Both the position numbers and the translations under genes were made by a program. Positions 24,465 to 35,270 of a DNA stretch of 64,000 bases are shown here, piece after piece (the first letter of the stretch is position 1; every line of letters starts with the position of its first letter). The stretch spans positions 124,001 to 188,000 of the forward strand of contig NIVC01000659.1 in the NCBI GenBank assembly GCA_002269645.1, written 5' to 3'. The notes beneath the pieces are model-generated. The model was given only the letters and a program-made list of their open reading frames with translations, was not told the DNA's origin and did not search any database. The stretch is from Macrostomum lignano (Eukaryota).

Positions 24465-26572
24465 TTAACTGGAGCACGACCTGGTTGATTTGGATGCTCT
24501 GTCTTCCAGCAGCCTCACTCTGGCTTCCTCTGCCGCGGAAATTTCTGAACCAAAAAAGCTTCTAATTCTTTCAGCGCAGATCTTCAGGCGGGCACCGTCT
24601 GTGCAAAAATTGCAAAAAGCAAACAGCTCCTCATAGTCGGCATCCACATCAAGGTCGGCTTGCCAGCTGGCCATCTCTGACTCTCTATCAACGCTCTCTG
24701 CTCGCAAATGCAGGCTTAAACAGCGCCAGAAACTGTAAAAGTTGACGTAAGTGTGAGAAGCATTGCCCTGCTGGCCGAGGTGACAAATACAGCTGCTGGC
24801 GACTGTCTCTGGCAGAAAGTCCACCCCGATACTTCCATGGCTGTAAGCAAAGCAGAACTTCCAGGCCCAATCGCTTTCGCGAAGGATTATATAATCGTGC
24901 TCTTCAAAGTCGTAGCCTTCAAAATTGGCGTAATAACCGGATTCATTCAGTGTCTGAGCAGGGTCCCACTGTCGCTTTGTCTGATGACCCGCCAGCCGCT
25001 GTAGCGCCTGACAGGCGGACAACTGGTCGCCGAGTTTCAGATGCGCCAAGGCCTCCAGAACCTGGCGGGCGCACTTCATACAGGCCAAGTCATCGGCGCT
25101 TCTCAGCTTCTCATAGAAGTCGCTGGCCTGCTCAGGCTGCAGGTGTTGCAGTTCGCACAGTCGCCAGTAGACGAAGCCGTAGATGTCTGCAAAGTAGCTG
25201 AGCTTCAGTGTCTCCGGCCGAAACGATGGAACTCCCAACGGGAGCAGAGTGAATGGATAGAAGTAGAAGCTCGTGTCCTGTCCAAGCGGCCTCACGTGAC
25301 CAGCCAGGTGATGCTCAAATTCGGCCATGTTGAGCAGAACCCGCTTGATCAAAGTGAAAACAGTCAGTTTTGTTTCTGGCGATCCTACGATGGCGCTTTT
25401 GAAGAACAATGGCGCTCCTTCTAAGAAAAAGTGCGGCATGCAGACCTCGGGTTTGGGTTCATTGGTAGTGAGTTGCAGCATGAGCAGCAGGGACTCTCGA
25501 AACAGCGCGATTAGTCGTTCAGGCTTCCACTCATCCGGGTCATCCTGCTTCTTCTCGAGCATGAAAAACAGCAAAGTCTTGGCGTGGTAGGTCTTCAGAC
25601 CGGGCGCGTTCCAGGTTTTCGGGATGAGTCGCTTGAACAGGAACTTCAACAGGATAAACAGCTGGCCTTGCACAGTTGTCAGGCTGCGGAGGGCTTTCCT
25701 TTCCTGGAAGCTGAAGCTCACTCGAAGCTCGGTCGTTTTATCCGGCCTAGTTGCTCTGACCAGGTGCACGTTGCCCTCGCAATTGACGCTATCATCGCCT
25801 AGCAGAATGTTGATCCGGTGAGTATAGAATGAGCTGCAGCACATGTAGGCATAGCAGGTGTCCTGAGCTGGCCGGATTCCGCAGGGCGGAGCAGCGACTG
25901 CGGGCTGGGTGCCTGCAATGCAGCGGATGGCGTTTGATTAGCGGATTCAGTAACGATGCATGTGATGGATTTTATTTCTCCGACACTTCATATCTCCGAT
26001 ACTTCATATCTCCGACACTTCATATCTCCGACACTTCATATCTCCGACACGTCATATCTCCGACACTTCATATCTCCGACACGTCATATCTTCGTTAGGG
26101 TTAGGCTTACGGTTAAGCTTGTCGGAGGTATAAAGTTTCGAAAATATAAATAGGTGCTTTCGGAGATATGAAAGCGTCCCGTATAAAATAGACTGCAAAT
26201 ACCCCATTGATTCAGGTGACCCCCGGACTTCTACAAACCTGCTTGAACATCGATCAGACAGTGGCCTTCGACAACTTTTAATAGCAAGCCTCGTCCTCGT
26301 CTATCGGAGCACTGGCAGCCGAAGAACAGGTGAAACTTTTCCCCCTCCTGGATGACGGTCCAATCGATGTCGGAGTCCCTGGCGGTTCTTCCGGTCACCT
26401 GCACCAGGCTGTTGCCCCAGCCGTCGGAGAAGCTGCCAGTCATTTCCCGCATCTCTTCATAATAGGCCTTAACAGCGAGCTTTTGCAAGAACTCGGCCAT
26501 CTGGCACTGGAACTGAGCTCTCTCCCGGGTGAACCCAGCCTCCAGGAGTAGCTGGTGCAGGCGCAGGCTCAT
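24465..26572 (-). CDS. Mab-21/cGAS-like nucleotidyltransferase (cGLR). Exons 26572 (or 26597)-26239 and 25912-24465; at least 593 aa
   Basis: NTase motif GSFSDG...DSDIDW, SFSFQE, LFILLKFLFK, LKTYHAKTLLFFMLE, W, MPHFF (Mab-21 C-lobe). Phase-1 GT..AG intron 25913-26238 joins both ORFs in frame. Confidence 0.88.
25976..26090. repeat. 16-bp intronic minisatellite in the cGLR intron
   Basis: Repeated tctccgacacttcata, followed by ttagggttagg. Confidence 0.85.
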
Positions 26573-27198
26573 CTGGGCGTCATCGGCTGGTGACTCACTG
26601 AGAATTAGGAAGTAATAGTTGTGTCGTGACTATTTAAAGAAACAAATATATGCTCGCTAGTAGTCTATATACTCAGCAACATTGAAAAGTCGCTACTCTG
26701 TGCCAGTGAGCAATTTCTCTTGGACTATTCTGAAATAAAAGATACGAGAAAACTGATCGGGTTAGCTTCAATCCGTCCAACCCTCGCACACCGCTCCCAC
26801 CACTTCATTCCTCAACTCAAGTCTGCCGCGGCGTAGCTGAGTTGCGTTACTCGCAAAGATTGAGAGACTTTTTTCCTGAACTCTTAAAAGTGACGATCAC
26901 AGACAGAATCTTCTGGGATGGCGACTTTTCGATGTTGCGGAGTGATATTTTGAACTCCAGTCCAGCCTAATAGCTATATAAATATAACTCTTTACACATC
27001 GTTGAAATTTCCAAACAATGCTAGTTTCAGACTTCATTTAGGCCCTCCGAGGGGCCCAGTGTGCATACAGTGTATATTGAACACTTACAAAGCGTGGATA
27101 TCAGTAAGCATGGCCTTGAAGTCCGCAAAAGTGTGAGTATTGTCGACCGTATATTGGATTTTTCTGAAAATAATTGCAGGCCAAGTTAGAGTTTTAAT

Positions 27199-29239
27199 TT
27201 ATAAAACCCTTGTACGAGAAAAAGAGGGTGTAAGGCACAACCTTGACGAGTCTTCTTCCTGATCAGTCTGAGTTGAAAATCTCAGCAGCAGGTCGACAAT
27301 CACCTGATGCCCAGCGCTCCGAGCAATGTCCAGCGCCGATTGACTGGCACTTTTCTGTAGGTCTAGAACTGTCTCCTCGAGATCCGCGCCATTCTCCAGC
27401 AGGGCCTTCACGATGTCAGCGTAGCCTCTGCTGGCGGCACGCATCAGCAACGTCCAGCCGTCGGTTTCTACCGCTCGGCAGCTCAGGTCAACGAAATTCG
27501 CCACGAGCGACAGGCTCAGAGCGATGAAGCCGCCTGCTATGGCTGCATGGGCGATGCGCTGCGTCTGTTCTGGCGTCAAGTAGCTCAGTATTAACCGGAG
27601 CGAGCTGCACGCGTTGTTGGCCGCCTCGCCGTCCAGACAGCGTACCAGCCCGTCAGGACTTTGCTTGATTAGCTCTGCAATGTTGAGTCCATTTTCTAGC
27701 AGAACAGATACGACTAGCACAGAATTATTTCCAAGAGCGCAGGAGGATCCACTGAGAGTCCGTGATATTCAAATCGGCAGGACGGAATCCCAAACTAATC
27801 AAAAGTTGTACAACACGGGATTGTCCGTATCTGGCAGCGTCTATCAGACTGTGCCAGATGAGTTGTTTGCGGTCTGCTTCGGATTTAGAGTAAAAATCGA
27901 GCAGTTGCTTTGCAATACAGACATCTGTCAGATTAACGGCAGGGTTGGTGCCAAGCTGTTGATCATGAACTTCCTCCAACAGAACAGCGGCAACTTGAAA
28001 ATCGAGCGTTCTGAATGCGCTTTGAACGATCGCTGCTCGATCTGGAGGATCTAGATCATCTGGGCGGAAAATGCCTAAATTCAGCAACAGCCGAACAGCC
28101 CTCGGATCGCTGGATGTTGCCGCATGGCACAGTGCGCGTTCGATCAGTTGCTTTCGTTCGTCCACGGTCAGTGAGCAGTGATCAAATCGTTGGCAAATTT
28201 GATGAAAAATTTCTGTAGCGGTTGGATCTTTTGAAGAAGCCAGCTGGTACAGCACGTGACTTGTTGACTCGTCATTCAAAAAATAATCAACAACCGTAGG
28301 AAATTGCAGCAGTTCCCGCAACACAGAATAATTGCGCGCAGAAGTAGCTGCGTTGGCGCACTGATTCAGCAAGCAGCCGTTGCGCTCGTTACCGGAAATG
28401 TCTCTAATGGCCGACAGCAGTTTGTTAACAATAGGCCAAGATGAGCACTCGGCTGCCACGATGACTGCTTGCTTATTGGAACCAGTTTCTACCGGATCTG
28501 GATTTGCACCGGCAGTCAAAAGCAGGTCGATAATTTGTTCTGAGTCGGATTTAGCCGCTAATTGAATCGGTCTGCCATTCAATCTGGGAAGGCTCGGATC
28601 AGCTCCGTGTCCCAGAAGCAGCTCCACAGCTGCGGTCTGTCCTGAACCAGCAGCTGAGCACAAAGCGTTCGTGAGCGACTGGACGTCTAGAAAGCTCGGG
28701 TTAATGTCCGGATTGCAGACTAGCAAACGTACAATGTCCTCCTGTGTGGAAGCGCCGACTGTACGGTTGAGCGCGCAGTATCTTTCGTCTACTCGATTGT
28801 CCCCGGTGGCCCCCGAGCGAAACAGCAGTTCAACAATCTGTTTATGACCGAAGCTCGCGGCATAGTAGAGCGGTCGGCAGCCGAACCAGCGCTGCTCCGG
28901 CATGTCCGGATCTGCGCCAGCCTTTAGTAGCTCGGCTACTATGCTCAAATAGCCTCGGCGGGCCGCGAAGCTCAGTGGTGTAGCGTGGATGCGTGGATCC
29001 TCGTAGTTGGGATCGGCCGACCAGCGTACGAGAAGGTGCCGCACCAGATGCGCCTGGCCGCGAAAGCTGGCCTTTATCAGAGCCTTCTGAATGAGATCCG
29101 GCAGTCGAACGTTGGAGTCAATGCTGCCTGCTTGCAGCAGCAGCTGATCAATCCGTTCTATGCTACCAGCTGCGACTGCACGGTAGATTTCAGTTGCATC
29201 TGCTGTGGAAGCTATAGTTTGCGTTGTCAATATGTACAT
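27199..29239 (-). CDS. Multi-ankyrin-repeat protein (~670 aa) interrupted by one +1 frameshift near 27730-27745; may splice to the cGLR
   Basis: ANK units ATPLSFAARRGYLSIVAELLKAGADPD, RPLYYAASFGHKQIVELL, GWTLLMRAASRGYADIVKALLENGAD and SALDIARSAGHQVIVDLLL. ORF 29239-27725 continues in the +1 frame as CALGNNSVLVVSVLLENG. Confidence 0.85.
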
Positions 29240-29454
29240 GTAGACACGCCCGCACTTAATTATACGATTTTATGAGCTTAATACTTATTCGCAAATTTGT
29301 TTACTTTCCCGCCACATGGATGCCTTTTGAAATAAAAAGCTTCTGGTCTAAAACCTACATGAATGGAAGAGCACATGCAGTCAGTGATGGACGAAACTTT
29401 GAATACTGATGAAAAGTATGATTTCTTCTGAAACTCGACTGCTGTGATGTGATA

Positions 29455-30165
29455 CGGAGAGAGTGAGTGATGCGCAGAGAGTGAGTGATGAGCAGAGAGT
29501 GGGTGATGAGCAGAGAGTGAGTGATGCGCAGAGAGTGAGTGATGAGCAGAGAGTGAGTGATGAGCAGAGAGTGAGTGATGAGCAGAGAGTGAGTGATGAG
29601 CAGAGAGTGAGTGATGAGCAGAGAGTTAGTGATGAGCAGAGAGTGAGTGATGAGCAGAGAGTTAGTGATGAGCAGAGAGTGAGTGATGAGCAGAGAGTGA
29701 GTGATGAGCAGAGAGTGAGTGATGCAGAGAGTGAGTGATGAGCAGAGAGTGAGTGATGAGCAGAGAGTGAGTGATGAGCAGAGAGTGAGTGATGAGCAGA
29801 GAGTGAGTGATGCGCAGAGAGTGAGTGATGAGCAGAGAGTGAGTGATGAGCAGAGAGTGAGTGATGCAGAGAGTGAGTGATGAGCAGAGAGTGAGTGATG
29901 AGCAGAGAGTGAGTGATGAGCAGAGAGTGAGTGATGAGCAGAGAGTGAGTGATGAGCAGAGAGTGAGTGATGAGCAGAGAGTGAGTGATAAAGCAGAGAG
30001 TGAGTGATGCAGAGTGAGTGATGCAGAGAGTGAGTGATGAGCAGAGAGTGAGTGATGAGCAGAGAGTGAGTGATGAGCAGAGAGTGAGTGATGCAGAGGG
30101 AGTGATGCGGAGAGTGAGTGATAAGCAGTGAGTGAGTGATGCGGAGAGAGTGAGTGATGAGTGAC
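29455..30165. repeat. 18-bp minisatellite
   Basis: Repeated gagtgagtgatgagcaga. Confidence 0.95.
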
Positions 30166-30654
30166 AAGCTATCAGGAGTAATTTTATTTTTTTAATTCGC
30201 AATAACATGCTTAGAACGGAAGCATACAAAATTTTCAATTAAACAATGCACTCACCCATTTGCTGTGATACCTCAGTATGCGGCACTATTAATTAGCAGC
30301 TTTAACCAATATCAAATCAAAATAAGCTGAATTTTTAAGCGCTGTAGTTTATGACTGAACAAGAAGAATTAGAAAAAGAAGCAGCCTCATGCCTATCATA
30401 CAAAAAAATACAATTTCTTTCAACTAGGAACCATACAGTACTCTACAGTGTACAGATGAAATTTGATTGCAGCCAAAAAAGCGCGGGAAGGCCTTTTTGC
30501 TTCAATTTGAATTGTACAGCAATTCAAAGCTATTTTTAGAACGACCGATGAACGATATTAATTGTACAGCTTCCTTTTCCTCGTACATGGAAAGATGGAG
30601 AGAAAGTACTTGGCACAGTAAGAGACAAACAAAAAGAAATCCTTTAGGTAGCGG

Positions 30655-31275
30655 CTACTCACTAATGACCAGGTGATAATCAGGGAGTGGTTACTCACTA
30701 ATGACCAGGTGATAATCAGGGAGCGGTTACTCACTAATGACCAGGTGATAATCAGGGAGCGGTTATTCACTAATGACCAGGTGATAATTAGGGAACGGTT
30801 ACTTACTAATGACCAGGTGATAATTAGGGAGCGGTTACTTACTAATGACCAGGTGATAATCAGGGAGCGGTTACTCACTAATGACCAGGTGATAATTAGG
30901 GAGCGGTTACTTACTAATGACCAGGTGATAATCAGGGAGCGGTTACTTACTAATGACCAGGTGATAATCAGGGAGCGGTTATTCACTAATGACCAGGTGA
31001 TAATCAGGGAGCGGCTACTCACTAATGACCAGGTGATAATCAGGGAGCGGTTACTCACTAATGACCAGGTGATAATCAGGGAGCGGTTACTCACTAATGA
31101 CCAGGTGATAATCAGGGAGCGGTTACTCACTAATGACCAGGTGATAATTAGGTAGCGGTTACTCACTAATGACCAGGTGATAATCAGGGAGCGGTTACTC
31201 ACTAATGACCAGGTAATAATTAGGGAGCGGTTACTCACTAATGACCAGGTGATAATCAGGAAGCGGTTACTCATT
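30655..31275. repeat. 36-bp minisatellite
   Basis: Repeated ctcactaatgaccaggtgataatcagggagcggtta. Confidence 0.95.
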
Positions 31276-31719
31276 TAAGAAGTGAGGCGACAATTAAGGA
31301 GTCAAAATAAAATTGAAGCTATTATTTAATGAACTTTAAGACATCATTAAGTTGATAAATTTGACAAAAGACTAAAATATTTGCTAATTCATATCACACG
31401 AAGTTTCGAATGAATTGCATGATCTCTACCAGTACAGAAGACAATGGATTCTTTGCAAAACGCGTTTGTATTTTTGCTGTCTTTGGCTAAAGAGTTAACT
31501 CAAAATTAGCTACTTTTTACTAGGTTTTTATTAGGGAAGATAGCGAATAGCTCGTACAACTGATGACGTAATGATGTGCAAGATTCCCGACAAATTGTAA
31601 TGAAAGAAGTCAACATTCTAAATCGTTATGTAGAAAGATTCATAATTTACAAATTAGTGCTTTAAGTAGTCGCATTCTGTATTAATGTGGGACTTTGGGC
31701 ACTAGCTCGTAGAGTGAGT

Positions 31720-33030
31720 AATAGTGAGCAATGAAACCTTGTGAATGAGTGATCAATAACAACACAGCCTTGTGAATGAATGAATGGCAACAAGGCAATC
31801 TTGTGAATGAGTGAAAAGCAACAAGGCAATCCTGTGAATGAGTGAATAACAACAACGCAATCTTGTGAATGAGTGAAAAGCAACAAGGCAATCCTGTGAA
31901 TGAGTGAAAAGCAACAAGGCAATCCTGTGAATGAGTGAAAAGCAACAACGCAATCGTGTGAATGAGTGAATAGCAACAATGCAATCTTGTGAATGAGAGA
32001 ATAGCAACAACGCGATCTTGTGAATGAGAGAATAGCAAAAACGCAATCTTGTGAATGAGTGAATAGCAACAACGCAATATTGTGAATGAGTGAATGGCAA
32101 CAACGCAATATTGTGAATGAGTGAAAAGCAACAACGCAATCGTGTGAATGAGTGAATAGCAACAATGCAATCTTGTGAATGAGAGAATAGCAACAACGCA
32201 ATATTGTGAATGAGTGAATGGCAACAACGCAATATTGTGAATGAGTGAAAAGCAACAACGCAATCGTGTGAATGAGTGAATAGCAACAATGCAATCTTGT
32301 GAATGAGAGAATAGCAACAACGCGATCTTGTGAATGAGAGAATAGCAAAAACGCAATCTTGTGAATGAGTGAATAGCAACAACGCAATATTGTGAATGAG
32401 TGAATGGCAACAACGCAATATTGTGAATGAGTGAAAAGCAACAACGCAATCGTGTGAATGAGTGAATAGCAACAATGCAATCTTGTGAATGAGAGAATAG
32501 CAACAACGCAATCTTGTGAATGAGTGAATAGCAACAACGCAATCTTGTGAATAAGAGAATAGCAAAAACGCAATCTTTTGAATGAGTGAATAGCAACAAG
32601 GCAATCTTGTGAATGAGTGAATAGCAACAACGCAATCTTGTGAATGTTGAATAGCAACAACGCAATATTGTGAATGAGTGAATGGCAACAAGGCAATATT
32701 GTGAATGAGTGAATAGCAACAACGCAATCTTGTGAATGAGTGAATAGCAACAACGCAATATTGTGAATGAGTGAATGGCAACAATGCAATCTTGTGAATG
32801 AGAGAATAGCAAAAACGCAATCTTGTGAATGAGTGAATAGCAACAATACAATATTGTGAATGAGTGAATAGCAACAACGCAATATTGTGAATGAGTGAAT
32901 GGCAACAACGCAATATTGTGAATGAGTGAATGGCAACAACGCAATATTGTGAATGAGTGAATGGCAACAATGCAGTCTTTTGTCTTTTGAATGAGTTAAA
33001 AGAAAAATTCAGTTTTGTGAATGAGTGAAT
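31720..33030. repeat. ~31-bp minisatellite
   Basis: Repeated ttgtgaatgagtgaatagcaacaacgcaatc. Confidence 0.95.
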
Positions 33031-33504
33031 AAGTACACACCGTTAATACTATCTACAGATCTACTTACTACAAATCTACTGCGGGAAATTCTCTCGCGGG
33101 CAAATTGCACTGCGGGCAAATTTCCTGTGGGCAAATCTCGACAGGCAATTCGTCTGCGGGCAATTCTCGTGTTCCCGTGGCTACTCTCTAGTAGACTCCT
33201 GCGAACATGTCTCCTAAATTTTTTGCGAGAAAATTTTTTTTATTATTACTTTCGGGTTTGAGCTCACAATTTGACGGCAGTCAAAAGTTGGACCACGAAC
33301 TGGCTGGGTGGCCAAGCTGATCCATTTATAGTACTTGATTGAAGATAAACAAGTTATTTGTTTAGCCAAGCTATGCACTATTTTTTGTAAATAAATTAGC
33401 TTTAAGTCGGCTCACTGCTCAATCATTCAAATTCAGGATTGACCTTCCTAGTCTTCTTGGAAATTAATTGCCGTTTCGAATCGAAGCTTAGATTTAAGCA
33501 ATTT

Positions 33505-34070
33505 AGCGCCGTAGACAGGAGTCGAGCGCCAATTTAGCGCCGCAGGCAGGAGTCTAGCGTCATTGCAGCGCTAATTTAGCGCCACAGGCAGGAGTCTAGC
33601 GCCAATTTAGCGCCGCAGGCAGGAGTCTAGCACCAATTTAGCGCCGCAGGCAGGAGTCTGGCGCCAATTTGGCGCCGCAGGCAGGAATCTAGCGCCAATT
33701 TAGCGCCGCAGGCAGGAGTCTAGCATCATTGTAGCGCCAATTCAGCTCCACAGACAAGAGTCTAGCGCCAATTTAGCGCCGCAGACAATAGTCTAGTGTC
33801 ATTGTAGCGCCAATTTAGCGCCGCAGACAGGAGTCGAGCGCCAATTTAGCGTCGCAGACAGGAGTCTAGCGTCATTGCAGCGCCAATTTAGCGCCGCAGA
33901 CAGGAGTCTAGCGCCAATTTAGCGTCGCAGACAGGAGTCTAGCGCTAATGTAGCGCCGCAGACAGGAGTCTAGCGCCAGTTTAGCGCTGTACGTAGCCCG
34001 TAGGCAAGAGTCTAGCGCTAATTAAGCGCCATAGAGTCATAGACAGTTTAGCGACAATTTAACGCCACAA
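33505..34070. repeat. ~31-bp GC-rich minisatellite
   Basis: Repeated ccaatttagcgccgcaggcaggagtctagcg. Confidence 0.9.
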
Positions 34071-35270
34071 GCGAGATGTTTTGCTGAAGTCGTGTTAGAT
34101 CTGCAAGTTTAGATTAAAATGTTTAATTAGTTGAGTGTACGAATAGTTTGGCAACAATTTAGTTGGCCCTTCTGGCCTAAGAATATTTTACTGTGCCTGC
34201 CTTCTCTAGTGGGGGCGGTCGTCTTTCTCTTCCCTTTGGTTGCAGAGCTGTAAGCTCGCAATAACTCGTAATCGTAACTGTAAGCTATTCTATACTACGA
34301 GCATAGTGCATTGCAAAGATAAAATCGCGAAAAACCCAAGACGCTCTCTTTTCTCTCTGCCCACCAGTAGACTGCTTACAATTATAATATATGTATACAT
34401 ATATGCGGCACACCGGGGTCCATTAGAGAACGATTGGACTATAATACAAAAACAGAGCTCTATATTCGCGAAAGATAAGGGTTATTTTGCTTGGTATGGT
34501 AATGATGCCTTACATAGCCATTACAGGCGCCAGCATAATAAATAGCAAAAAACAGTAGCAGCTTCGCTTTCGCTTTGTTTATATTTCTTATATTTGCATT
34601 ACATTCAGTAGCACCCGCCAGCCAGCCAAGAGATTCTAGAATGCACTGTAAAGTTGCAAAGTACAGACAGCACAGAAAGAGAAAAGCCATACGACGGCGC
34701 TTGTTAACAGTTCAAATCAGGGTTTAAATGACTTTCTACAAAGGATTCCACTCCAAAACTACAAAATCGTTACTTTAGTAATGTACATCTAAATGTACAT
34801 CTGAATGTACATTAATTGCCTCCCCCGCTGATTTGGGTTAAAAAACGGGAAAATCCTATACCAGTTGCCCGCGCATAGTTGACCGACTTTTGTTTTTATG
34901 ACCCAAACGAACGAATTCGGTCAACAAGATTCAATTGGCTGTTGGGCAACGGTCTACCCAACTGAAAATTCAGCCAATTACACCCAGTCTCTCTACCCTT
35001 GCTTTTATAAAAACAGCCTGACACGTGATAAAAAGGCTAACTTTTTTGCCTAGTTTATTCTACTAGACCATACTATACTATATCTATGATTCTGTGTTTA
35101 GGGCACCAGTTTCTTACTGATTTGGATAACGCCTTGACCTTGGCAGAATTTGTGCTATTATTTTAATAGAAAAAATTCTATCTATACTGCTCAATCGACA
35201 ATAAAACAGTCCAGATAAGCACTAGAACTGTATAAGCCTAGGAATAAATCGATTCAATATATTTGAAACC

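Noticed and set aside
24688-25821. Plus-strand and alternate-frame ORFs overlapping the cGLR, ANK, LINE and TARS exons
   Set aside because: Shadow ORFs of GC-rich coding sequence with no independent motifs.
29355-33030. Long ORFs (270-425 aa) on several frames
   Set aside because: They are translations of stop-free minisatellites, open in multiple frames with periodic sequence. The same applies to ORFs at 2941-3688, 12468-13244, 15292-15874, 20870-21272, 22080-22838, 49905-50710 and 59412-62951.
22040-34070. CRISPR-like appearance of regular arrays
   Set aside because: Units are contiguous with no unique spacers, there are no cas genes, and the context is eukaryotic.
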